Program-made: the position numbers and the translations under genes
Notes under the pieces: model-generated
What the model saw: the letters and a program-made list of their open reading frames with translations, nothing else
What the model was told of the DNA's origin: nothing
Database searches by the model: none
Assembly: GCF_004010195.1 (NCBI RefSeq)
Contig: NC_057750.1
Span: 9,334,163-9,361,263 of the forward strand
Direction: 5' to 3'
Source: Chiloscyllium plagiosum
Lineage: Eukaryota
Length of the DNA: 27,101 nt
In this document: one piece after another, positions 10,244 to 19,623 of the stretch
Position numbering within the stretch: the first letter of the stretch is position 1
How the letters are laid out: each line of letters starts with the position of its first letter

Positions 10244-11269
10244 TGTTAGGGTTAGGGTTTAATTTAATTATGTATTTTGGCATGGCTTGTGGAACAGTGG
10301 GTCTTGAATTTTGGTGACCTCTTGAAATGTGAGGTCCCCAGAAAGAGCTTGGATTTGCCTGCACCCGACCATTTGATCTGGTGTTTGGTTTATCTAAACA
10401 ATTTGGACTTGGATAGGGAAATAATTCAGATTAATGAATTTGTGTCAGCCCCTGATGTACGACATTAAACTAAATTAATTGTGCACCAGAGCTGACAATG
10501 AGAACTGATGATGTTACTTTACACACGGTAGCTCAGGACATAGTGAGCATCTGAGAGTCTATTGTTGTACAAGTTGGAGTGACTTGTCCCTGGGTGAATG
10601 GGTGCGTGTGGTTGGAGAGGATTAAGTGTGAAATTGATCCATGCCATTTATGTGAAATGGAATCACAGTGGAACGCCAGCTGGTGTCTCTTCACCCTCGG
10701 TCTCATCCATTCAAGTTCATCCCTGTCCCCCTGACGAAAGAAGGCCTGGTATTTATTTCATAAACCCAGCAGATCCGTTCGCAGCCCAGTCTTAAGCAGA
10801 ATGTAGGAAACAGCGCAGCCCGGCGGGGCACAGCAAGATCCCACAGACAGCAGGGCCACAAACCGGGTCTTTGACCGCACCCTCTAAACCCAGATTGGGG
10901 AAGAGGGTGAGGGGGTGAGCAGGTTTTGGCGTGGCTTTTGCAACAGTGGGTCTTGAATCTTGAATCTTGAGATGTGACACTTTACGAGTTTCCCCAGAAG
11001 GAGTTGGCAGAATCCCTTTTGCAGATTTATAGGGATATCCCCCCCGCCACTGCACGTTCATTTCCAAGCCATTCCCATCTTGGAAATATACCAATTGTTT
11101 ACTTCACTCCCACTAGGGACAACATCCCAGGAATTCTCCACCCCACATGGATTGCAGTAGCTGGCGAATGTAGCTCACTATTGCCTCCTCTTGGAGGAGG
11201 ACTGCTAGTACAGCCAGCAAACACCCACACCGATAACTTAGTTTGCTTTACAAATTTATTTTTTTTAAC

Positions 11270-11532
11270 ATTCATTCATGGGATGAGGAGCTCACTGGCC
11301 AGGCCAGCATTTATTGCCCAGAAGGGGGGAGGGGTCAAGAATTAAGAACATTGCCGTGAGTGTCGAGTCACGTGTAGGCCAGACCAGGTAGGGTTGGCAG
11401 GTTACCCTCCCTAAAGGACATTAGTGAACCAGATGGGTTTTTACAAGAATCAATTCATGGTCATCATTAAATACTTAATTCCAGATTTCCAATTTTTAAA
11501 AATTGAATTTGACTGCCCTGGCAAAATTTGAA
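11270..11532 (-). mobile_element. SINE 'family B' interrupted by an HE1 SINE
   Basis: gagtcacgtgtaggccagaccaggta...ctaaaggacattagtgaaccagatggg; 3' tail resembles that of the LINE family at 1982-2268. Confidence 0.8.
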
Positions 11533-11838
11533 GGATCCCTACAGTGTGGAAACAGACCCTTCGGCCCCACACCAACCCCCTGAAGGGTAACCCACCCAGA
11601 CCCATTCCCCCTACCCTATATTTACCCCTGACTAAACGCATCCCTGAACACTATGGACAATTTAGCACAGCCAGTTCCCTGTATATCTTTGGGACTGTGG
11701 GAGGAAACTGGAACATCCAGAGGAAAACCACTCAGACACAGGGAGAAGGTGCAAACTCCACACTGACAGTTGCCCGAGGGTGGAATTGAACCCGAGTCCC
11801 CGGTGCTGTGAGGCAGAGGGTTAACCACTGAGTCACCC
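11533..11838 (-). mobile_element. HE1-type SINE
   Basis: Tail atccctacagtgtggaaacag; reverse-complement head at about 11780-11838. Confidence 0.88.
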
Positions 11839-11934
11839 TATTACCTGTGTATCCTCCAGCTTGAGAGACCAGTGATAACACCAGTAAGACATCACCTCCC
11901 CTTTGACCAAGACACTGGGGAGTTCCTGGAAAAG

Positions 11935-12125
11935 GGCATGTGAGATCTTTTAAAATCTATCAAACAGGACAGGCCAGACCCTGGACAGAGTATTTTCTAT
12001 AGAAAGTCAAGTATCTCCAACACTGCAGCTCCCTCAGAAGGGGTCAATTTAAATGCAGGGGTGGAGGGAGGGAATTTTCACCTCAGGGGTCAGATCCAAA
12101 CCTACGACATTTTGAATCAGGCCAA
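11935..12125 (-). mobile_element. Decayed Deu-domain SINE remnant
   Basis: catgtgagatctttt...tctccaacactgcagctccctcag resembles the reverse-complement Deu domain; related to 14320-14420 and 19410-19470. Confidence 0.4.
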
Positions 12126-12164
12126 ATTGCTGCCTTGTTGAACACACAATGACATGACTCTGCA

Positions 12165-12720
12165 GACTATTGTGAAGGGCTTAAGTACAGGAGCAGGGAT
12201 GTCTCGCTGCAATTGTACAGAGGCCTTGGTGAGACCACTCCTGGAGTGTCATGTGCAGTTTTGGTCTCTTTATCTGAGGAAGGATGTTCTGGCGATGGAG
12301 GGAGGGCAGACTTAATCCTGGGATGACAGCACTGATGTATGAAGAGAGTCTAGATTAGAGTGGCGCTGGAAAAACTCAGCGGATCAGGCAGCATCCGAGG
12401 AGCAGGAAAATCGATGATTCGGGCAAAAGCCCTTCATCAGGATTCCAGCCTAATCTAGGCTCTGATCTCCAGCATCTGCAATCCTCACTTTTGCCTGCCT
12501 GATGTATGAAGAGAGACTGGATCAGTTAAGGATTATTTTCACTGGAGTTTAGAAGAATTTTGCGGGGGGGGGGGGGGGAGTCTCATAGAAATTGATAAGA
12601 TTCCATCAAGAGTAGCCAGGAATATGTCCTCACCCAGAGAATGGGGAACCTGTAGAACTCTATACCACAGAAAGTGGTAAAGGCCAAAAGATTAAATGTT
12701 TTCAAGACGGAGTTAGACAC
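12165..12720 (+). mobile_element. Older CR1 ORF2 fragment
   Basis: ctgcaattgtacagaggccttggtgagaccactcctggagtg...gtgcagttttggtctc (LY.ALVRP.LE...QFWS motif). Confidence 0.75.
12349..12498 (-). mobile_element. Penelope-like short element with minus-strand hammerhead motif (12409-12444)
   Basis: Reverse complement AATC-CTGATGA-A-GGGC-tttt-GCCC-GAAT-C-ATC-GATT; perfect 17-bp target duplication ctgatgtatgaagagag (12332-12348, 12499-12515). Confidence 0.75.
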
Positions 12721-12850
12721 AGATATCGGGTCATACAGTACAGGAACAGACCTTTTCTTTCCCTGGGGCATCAGAGGCTGAGGGGGTGACCTTATAGAGG
12801 TTTTCTAAAATCATGAGGGACATGGATAGCCAAGGTCTTTTCCCCAAGGT

Positions 12851-12944
12851 CATTCCTGAAGAAGGGCCTGTGCCCGAAACGTCGAATCTCCTGTTCCCTG
12901 GATGCTGCCTGACCTGCTGTGCTGTTCCAGCAATAAAGTTTCAA
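12851..12944 (+). mobile_element. 94-bp Penelope-like insertion with intact hammerhead core and AATAAA
   Basis: 14-bp target duplication cttttccccaRggt (12837-12850, 12945-12958); AATAAA at 12932-12937. Confidence 0.78.
12852..12887 (+). ncRNA. Minimal type-I hammerhead ribozyme motif, intact core
   Basis: ATTC-CTGAAGA(12856-12862)-A-GGGC-ctgt-GCCC-GAAA(12876-12879)-C-GTC(12881-12883)-GAAT; stem I ATTC/GAAT, 4-bp stem II, palindromic ACGT stem III, GUC cleavage triplet. Confidence 0.72.
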
Positions 12945-13759
12945 CTTTTCCCCAGGGTAGGGAATCCAAAGCTAGAGGATATAGGTTTAGTGTGAGAGAG
13001 AAAAGATTTAAAAAGGACCTGAGGGGTAACTTTTTCACGCAGAGGGTGATGCGCATATGGAATGAGCTGCCAGAGAAAGCTGGTACAATTACAACATTTA
13101 AAAGGCATCTGGATGGGTATATGAATAGGAAGGATTTGGAGGGATATGGACTGGGTGCTGGCAGGTGGGACTAGCTTGGGTTGGGATATCTGGTCGGCAT
13201 GGACAGATTGGACCGAAGGGTCTGTTTCTGTGCTGTTCTGTACATCTCTATGACTCTATGACGGGAGAATGGGGATAGAGGACTTTCTGGTTGGGAGAGC
13301 TAGAGTTGACTGACGGGCTGAATGGTATCCTCCCGTGCTGTTAATTCTAAAGCTAGGCAAGTTCCAGCTGCACATAGCATTGAACTGGTGCCGGAGGTGA
13401 GGCGTTAGTAACTGGGCAGGGTGGGGCATGGGGGGGGTTGGTGGTTATTGTAGAGAGTTAATCCCCTCCCCTGGCTTTTGGAGTGATGGTTTGAAAACTG
13501 GCCTTGAGCAAGATCCCCCTATCCCCTTCCCTCATTAACCCTGTGTCCCACGGGAGGGGAGAGGGAGGGTGGGAGGGGATGTTAGCACAGGAAGAGGGTC
13601 TCCATGATCAAACAATGATCGGCAGCTGGGGCCTAGTCTGTTGGAGCGATCCACGTAGAAACCAGTTATTAAGGTGAAGGAAATCCCCAATTAATCCTAT
13701 TACCCTCCCGCTGCCAGGGAACAGAAAGGAAAGAGAGGAAGCCTTTGCCCTCCCCACCC

Positions 13760-14074
13760 CACCCCCACCCCACCCCCACGTCCCAGCCCAGGGCCATTCG
13801 GCCCTACAAGGGAATCGTGGTTGAAAGGCAGGGAGCGAGAATGAATGGAGGTGCTGGTATTGGGACAGGGCTGGACAAGGTCAGAGGTCACACAACACCA
13901 GGTTATAGTCCCAGGTCCACCCCACCCCACCCCCACCTCCCAGCCCAGGGCCATTCGGCCCTACAAGGGAATCGTGGTTGAAAGGCAGGGAGCGAGAATG
14001 AAGTGGAGGTGCTGGTATTGGGACAGGGCTGGACAAGGTCAGAGGTCACACCACACCAGGTTATAGTCCCAGGT
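13760..14074 (+). repeat. Near-identical tandem duplication, 2 x ~157 bp
   Basis: cccagcccagggccattcggccctacaaggg at 13782 and 13939; both units end ttatagtcccaggt (13916, 14074). Confidence 0.95.
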
Positions 14075-14115
14075 TATAATCACAAGCTTTCGGAGAGCTG
14101 CCCCTTCATCAAGTG
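14038..14115 (-). mobile_element. Penelope-like terminal remnant (family 2) with hammerhead motif at 14081-14115
   Basis: Reverse complement CAC-TTGATGA-A-GGGG-cagct-CTCC-GAAA-GC-TT-GTG; C3 changed to T; stem I CAC/GTG; palindromic AAGCTT. Confidence 0.68.
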
Positions 14116-14204
14116 AAGAGAGAAAGAATAACACAAAGGTTGCATTGGTGTGGCGCCGTGTGCTCCATTTCAGGAAAATCCCCCCCCCCCCCATCGGAGC
14201 ACAG

Positions 14205-14485
14205 CAGGAGGCACAGCAAGATCCCACAAACAGCAAAGGGCTTCACGTCCAGGGTTTTTGTTTATTTTACGCCAACCGAGGGGTGGACATGGGGGTGAAC
14301 CCCTCCCTCTCTTCTGCATTCTGCGCGTGGGATCTTTTCCAGCCAGCTCCCCCCCCCCACCCCCCCATCCCAGCCGTGAGAGCAGGGAGGGGCTCAATCC
14401 GACGTCTCCCTCCGAGCGAGGTGTGGCACAGTGGCAGTGTCCCCATCTCTGAGCCAGGAGGCCCAGGTTAAAATCCCCGCCAGAG
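14205..14485. mobile_element. Decayed Deu-type SINE remnant (-) followed by a family C SINE head (+, 14420-14485)
   Basis: gcacagcaagatcccacaaacagc (also at 10828-10852 and 19321-19343), gtgggatctttt, then gcacagtggcagtgtccccatctctgagccaggaggcccaggttaaaatcc. Confidence 0.5.
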
Positions 14486-14683
14486 TAAGATCAAGGGGAT
14501 GGAGATTCGCAGATTGTCTGGGCCGAATGAGATGGTCATCAGGATCTTGCCCCACTGCCTACACAGACGGTCTTAAACAAGTTGGATATGAACCTAGGAG
14601 ACATGGTCAGTCAGTTTGTGGATGATATCAAATTGGTGGCACAGTGGACAGTGAAGAAGGTTACCTCAGAGTGCAACGAGGCA

Positions 14684-14897
14684 GAACATAGAACATTACA
14701 GCACAGTACAGGCCCTTCAGCCCTCGATGTTGTGCCACCCTGTGAAACTAATCTGAAGCCCATCTAACCGACACTATTCCATCTCATCCACATGTTTATC
14801 CATTTAAAGGCCCTTAAACTGGCAAGTCTACTACTGTTGCGTTCCATGTCCCTACTACCCTCTGAGTAAAGAAACTACCCCTGACATCTGTCCTGTA
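14684..14897 (-). mobile_element. Nested CR1 3' fragment, second subfamily
   Basis: Tail agaacatagaacattacagcacagtacaggcccttc. Confidence 0.85.
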
Positions 14898-15640
14898 AAT
14901 TGGCCTATGAATTTTGATCAGATGGGCCAATGGGCCACAGAGTGGCAGATGGGAGTTTAATGTAGATAAATGTGAGGTGCTGCATTTTGGTAAGGCAGAT
15001 CAGGGCAGCCCTTACAGGGTTAATAGTAGGGCCCTGGCAGTGTTGTTGAACAGAGAGATCTAGGAGTGCAGATGTATAGTTCCTTGAACATGATAGAAAG
15101 GTTAGTGAGGAAGGTGGTTTAGCACACTTGTCTTCATTACTCAGACCATTGAGGATAGGAGTTGGGATCTCATGTTGCAGCTGTACAGGATATTAGTGAG
15201 GCCACTTTTGGAATACTGTGTACAACTCTGATCGCCCTGCTATAGGAAGGATATTACTAAATTGGAGAGGGTTCAGAAAAGGTTTATCAGGATGTTGCCA
15301 GGACTGGAGGGTTTGAGTTACAGGGAGAGGCTGGATAAGCTGGGACCTTTATTCCTGAAGCATTGGAAGGTGAAGGTGATTTTCTCGAGGTTTATAAAAT
15401 CATGATGGGTATGGATTGAGTGACTAGCTGAGGTCTTTTCTGCACGGTAGGGGAGTTCAACACTCAAGGGCATAGGTTTAAGGTCAGAGGGGAATGATTT
15501 AAAAGGGACCTAAGGGGAAACCTTTTCACACAGAGGGTGGTGCGTGTATGGAATGAGATGCCAGAGGAAGTGGTGGAGGCTGGTACAATTACAGCATTTA
15601 AGAGGCATCTGGACGGGTATATGAATAGGAAGGGTTTAGA

Positions 15641-16032
15641 ACATAGAACTTGGAACATCGACCATTACAGCGCAGTACAGGCCCTTCGGCCCTCGATGTT
15701 GCGCCGACCTGTGAAACTAATCTGAAGCCCATCTAACCGACACTATTCCATTATCATCCACATGTTTATCCATTTAAAGGCCTTTAAAGTTGGTGAGTCT
15801 GCTACTGTTGCAGGCAGTGCTTTACACGCCTCTACTACTCTCTGAGTAAAGAACCTACCTCTGACAGCTGTCCTATATCTTCACCCCCTCAATTTAAAGC
15901 TATGTCCCCTTGTGCTAGCCACCACCATCTGAGGAAAAAGGCTCTCCCTGTCCACCCTATCTAACCCTCTGATCATATTGTAAACCTCTATTAAGTCACC
16001 TCTTAACCTTCCCTCAAACGAAAACAGCCTCA
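15641..16032 (-). mobile_element. Nested CR1 3' fragment, second subfamily, with TSD
   Basis: 8-bp TSD ggtttaga (15633-15640, 16033-16040); ORF 15881-16099 includes RLRGDLIEVYNMIRGLDRVDRESLFP...TRGHSFKLRG. Confidence 0.9.
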
Positions 16033-16578
16033 GGTTTAGAGGGATATGGGCCAAATGCTGGCAAACCGGTTTAGTTAATTTGGGAAACCTGGTCAGCATG
16101 AACTAGTTGGACTGAAGGGTCTGGTTCTGTGCTGTATGACTCCATAATGAAAGGGATGTCAGTCCACCTGAATTTGCTGGCCCTTTCCTCTTCCGTGCTC
16201 ACCCCTGATGGTGTACTATTTTCAGACCCCACCCCAACACCTACTGAGAAAATGTGATTTAGTTTCAGTGGGTGGAGACACTGTCAATGATTCTAAACGT
16301 TCTACAGTGCAGAAGCAGGCCATTCAGCCCGTTGGGTCCATGCCAGCCCTGTGCAGAGCAAACCTGTCACCCCACCGTTCCAACTCCCTAGCTCTACCAG
16401 TTTTATTACCCTCCAAAGCCCATTCGATTTCCTTTTGATATTATTTATCATTTTCTTTCACTGGTAACCCCACACTCCCCTCCCCACCTCCTTCTCCTGT
16501 GGGCAGTTACTATTGGCTGCATAATTCCTCACATTGCTCCCACCTTCTCCCCCACCCCACAACACTTCCATCTCTTAC

Positions 16579-16757
16579 TCCCCACCGTTAAACCTGTATT
16601 CACTCAGTCCTTCTCCTGACAGCGAGTGGGACCAGTCTTTCTGCTCCTCAGTTTGCAACATGGACATGAGTCCCAGCTCCTCCAACCTGACTCTGTAGCC
16701 CCCCTCCTCAAACCCCTCATCAATGAGGCTTATCTTCCTCCGCGTGGACCCTCTCAT
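16579..16757 (-). CDS. Candidate first coding exon of an unidentified host gene (59 codons + 2 nt)
   Basis: Apparently non-repetitive; ATG in AGG-ATG context with an upstream in-frame TAA; peptide MRGSTRRKISLIDEGFEEGGYRVRLEELGLMSMLQTEEQKDWSHSLSGEGLSEYRFNGG; the ORF stop lies inside a donor GA|GTAAGA (intron would start at 16578) followed by GGG-rich sequence. Protein not recognised. Confidence 0.45.
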
Positions 16758-17311
16758 CCTTCCTTAAGTGTGTTGGACAGCTCAGAGCAGGAGGTTTACA
16801 GGTCCCCAGACTGGCCTCTGCTCCTCATCCCAATCCAGGGATCCCCAAAGTGGCATAGAAAAGCTTGAGACAGTCAGGGTTGACTGTGACTCCTACTGTG
16901 GCCAAATAGCCGACTGACGCTCCAGGCCAACCAGTAAACAACAGGCCTTCTGCCCCATCAAAAGTCAGCACTTAACTGGAGAGGAAGGAGCTTTCCATAA
17001 TGCAATAGGTGATTGAATAGAGGGCTTTCCTTGCTGCTGTGGATGCTGGGATAGCTGCACCTCCATTGCACTCCCTTGGTCCTTCAGTAAGAACATGTAC
17101 AATTAAACACATCAAATTCTCGATGTAGGCAGGTATGAGATGGAACTCCAAATCAGGAGAGTGGGAGATATCGAGAGGCACAGATGAGAGGAACAGCTCC
17201 TGATTCTTAAAAAATTCTTTCATGGGATGTGAGCAAAAACAGAATTTTTTGTCCATCTCTAATTACCCTTGAACTGAGTGGCCTGTTTGGTCATCTGAAC
17301 GAGCCTTATAA

Positions 17312-17920
17312 TTAAAAGTGGCTACAAGAGCAGGTCAGAGGCTGGGAATCCTGCAGCGAGTAACTCCCCTCCTGACTCCCCAAAGTCTGTCCACAAGACA
17401 CAAGTCAGGAGTGTGATGGAATACTCCTCACTTGCTCTGGATGGGTCCAACCCCAACAAAACCCAAGAAGCTCAACACCATCCAGGACAAAACAGTCCGG
17501 TTGATTGGCACCACATCCACAAGCATCTGCTCCCTCCCCCACCGACACTCAGTCACAGCAGTGTGTACCATCTACAAGATGCACTGCAGCAGTTTGCCAA
17601 AGATCCTCAGACGGCATCTTCCAAACCCACGACCACTTCCATCAGGAAGGACAAGAGGCATGCGGTTACAAGGGAACACCATTCCCTGCAAGTTCCCCTC
17701 CGAGCCAACACTTTGCAAACAGATCTTTAGATCTTGATCTTCCCGAGTCACTCACCATCCTGACTTGGACATACATCATTGATCTTTAAACAGTCACTGG
17801 GAGCCCCTCCTTGTCTACAGCACATGGACTGCAGCGGTTTGAGAAAGCAGTTCACTGCAACTAGGATCAGCAATAAGCGCTGGGTCCAGACAGCAACACT
17901 CACGTCCTGTGAACGAAAAA
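17312..17920 (+). mobile_element. CR1/L2-group LINE ORF2 C-terminus and 3'UTR
   Basis: Across frameshifts: VATRAGQRLGILQRVTPLLTPQSLST / QVRSVMEYSSLA / KKLNTIQDKTVRLIG...SLPHRHSVTAVCTIYKMHC. Confidence 0.85.
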
Positions 17921-17929
17921 TAACAATTG

Positions 17930-18165
17930 CAGAGGGCAATTCAGAGTCAATCACATTGCGGTGGGCCTGGAGTCACGTGTAGGCCATTTCAGGTAAGGAT
18001 GGCAGATTTCACCTCCCTAAAAGGGCATTAGTGAACCAGATGGGGTTTCTAAGCAATGGTTGATGGGGATCGTCATGGCTACCATCCTTGACACTAGCTT
18101 TCCTTTCTAGATTTGAACAATTGAACTTAAATTTCACCTGCTCTCATTCTGGGATTTGAACCCAA
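17930..18165 (-). mobile_element. SINE 'family B'
   Basis: agagtcaatcacattgc...ggagtcacgtgtaggcc...ggtaaggatggcagatttc...attagtgaaccagatggg; B-box reverse complement gggatttgaaccc. Confidence 0.78.
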
Positions 18166-18444
18166 ATCCACCAACGTGTCAGCCGTGGGTCACTCGATTT
18201 CTGGAAAACAAAAAAAACATTGGATCGTGCGACAGAGCCAGCATGGTGGAAAACAGCTGGACGGACAGCTCTCAGCGTGCTATCTGATCAGACCATGTTT
18301 GACAAATGGTGTTTCACTTAGAGAAAGGGCTGGTCAAATATCACGCAGGGAACTGAATTAATGTCAGCCACCACTCAAGAAGATCAAGATCTAAAGATCT
18401 GTTTGCAAAGCGTTGAAACGAAAGACTTGCATTAAGCTGGCCTT

Positions 18445-19005
18445 TACTAGTCAGTGCATTGAGGATCGGAGTTGGGAGGTCATGTTGCAACTGTGCAGGA
18501 CGTTGGTGAGGTGTTCAGTTCTGGTCACCCTGCTATAGGAAATATGTTGTTTAACTTGAAAGCATTCAGGAAAGATTTACAAGAATGTTTCCGGGGTTGG
18601 AGGCAGAAGCTGATTAGACTGGGGCTGTTTTCCCTGGAGCGTCAGAGGCTGAGGGGTGACCTTATACAGGTATATAAAATCATGAGGGTGAATAGCCAAG
18701 ATGTTTTTCCCCAGGGTAGGCAAGTCCAAAACTAGAGGGCATAGATTTAGGGTGAGAGGGGAAAGATTTAAAAGGAACCTAAGGGGCAACGTTTTCACAC
18801 AGAGGGTGGTGCGTGTATGGAATGAGCTGCCAGAGGAAGTGGTGGAGGCTGGTACAATTACAGCATTTAAAAGGCATCTGGATGGGTGTATGAATAGGAA
18901 GGGTTTGGTGGGATATGGGCCAAGGGCTGGCAGGTGGGACTAGATTGGGTTGAGATAGCTGGTTGGCATGGGCGGGTTGGTCTGTTTCCATGCTATACAT
19001 CTCTC
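18445..19005 (+). mobile_element. CR1 3' fragment
   Basis: ORFs 18472-18735 and 18701-18943 give RLGLFSLERQRLRGDLIQVYKIMR and TRGHRFRVRGERFKRNLRGNVFTQRVVRVWNELPEEVVEAG. Confidence 0.92.
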
Positions 19006-19009
19006 TGCC

Positions 19010-19480
19010 TCCTTTCACATCCCCTGGACGTCTCCAAGTGCTTCACAGACAATGGAGTACTTTGTTCAGATGTTATCACTGTTGCAATGTAGATTAAGAC
19101 CTAGGTTTTATTGTCACGTCAGACAAGTCCAGGGTACACGAGTGCAATGAAATGTGTACAATGTCCCCACACATAGCGCCACCTTGGGCATAAACTCTTA
19201 ATTGCAGAAATAATTTAAAAGGTTCAGCACGACATTCTTAGCATAAAAGTAGAAAAATAAAGAAATGAAGTTAAAAAGTCAAACATTACAGTCCAATGTA
19301 AGAAATGCAGTAGTTATTTTGCACAAAGCAAGATCTCACAATGAAATAATGATTAAACCACCTGTTTTTTTCCAGAATGTTGATTAAAGGATTAATGTTC
19401 CTAACAATAGTGTGGTGGGATCACTGTAGTTTAGTGTCTGTACTGCCTCAGTACTGCACTAGAGAAGCAGCATAAATTCT
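19010..19480 (-). mobile_element. Deu-domain SINE remnant (SacSINE1-like) with a ~200-bp insertion at 19092-19293
   Basis: ccaagtgcttcacagacaatg...tcactgttgcaatgta / gcacaaagcaagatctcaca...cctcagtactgcact; insertion flanked by caatgta (19085-19091, 19294-19300). Confidence 0.55.
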
Positions 19481-19623
19481 TTTGTGACTGTGCCTACCTG
19501 GTGTTGAAAGAGTCACCCTCTAACATCCGTCTGACAAAAGGCACTGTGTGAATGCAACTTGTTGTTGTTGTTGGCATGTTGGACTCAGGGACAGCCACCT
19601 CCAGACAATGATGATCTCTTTTA

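Larger units (their letters stand above)
8612..10979 (+). mobile_element. Possible LTR-retroelement remnant with later insertions
   Basis: Starts TGTTACA (8612) and ends TGTGACA (10973-10979); flanks ctttag/ctttac; a ~60-bp diverged direct repeat at 10275-10333 and 10924-10979. No coding motifs found. Confidence 0.3.
12755..13262 (+). mobile_element. CR1 3' fragment, interrupted at 12851-12944
   Basis: ORF 12902-13174 includes ARGYRFSVREKRFKKDLRGNFFTQRVMRIWNELPE; tail tctctatgactctatga. Confidence 0.9.
14580..16147 (+). mobile_element. Long CR1 fragment from the RT catalytic motif to the 3' end, with two nested CR1 insertions
   Basis: GDMVSQFVDDIKLV (FADDTK-like motif), then WQMEFN.DKCEVLHFG, LYRILVRPLLEYCVQL, KDITKLERVQKRF and VWNEMPEEVVEAG, with frameshifts and stops. 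Confidence 0.92.

Noticed and set aside
10246..10257. (TTAGGG)2 next to a Penelope-like remnant as a telomere-linked signature
   Set aside because: Only two units, and gttag also occurs on the left flank, so it is explicable as a short TSD or chance.
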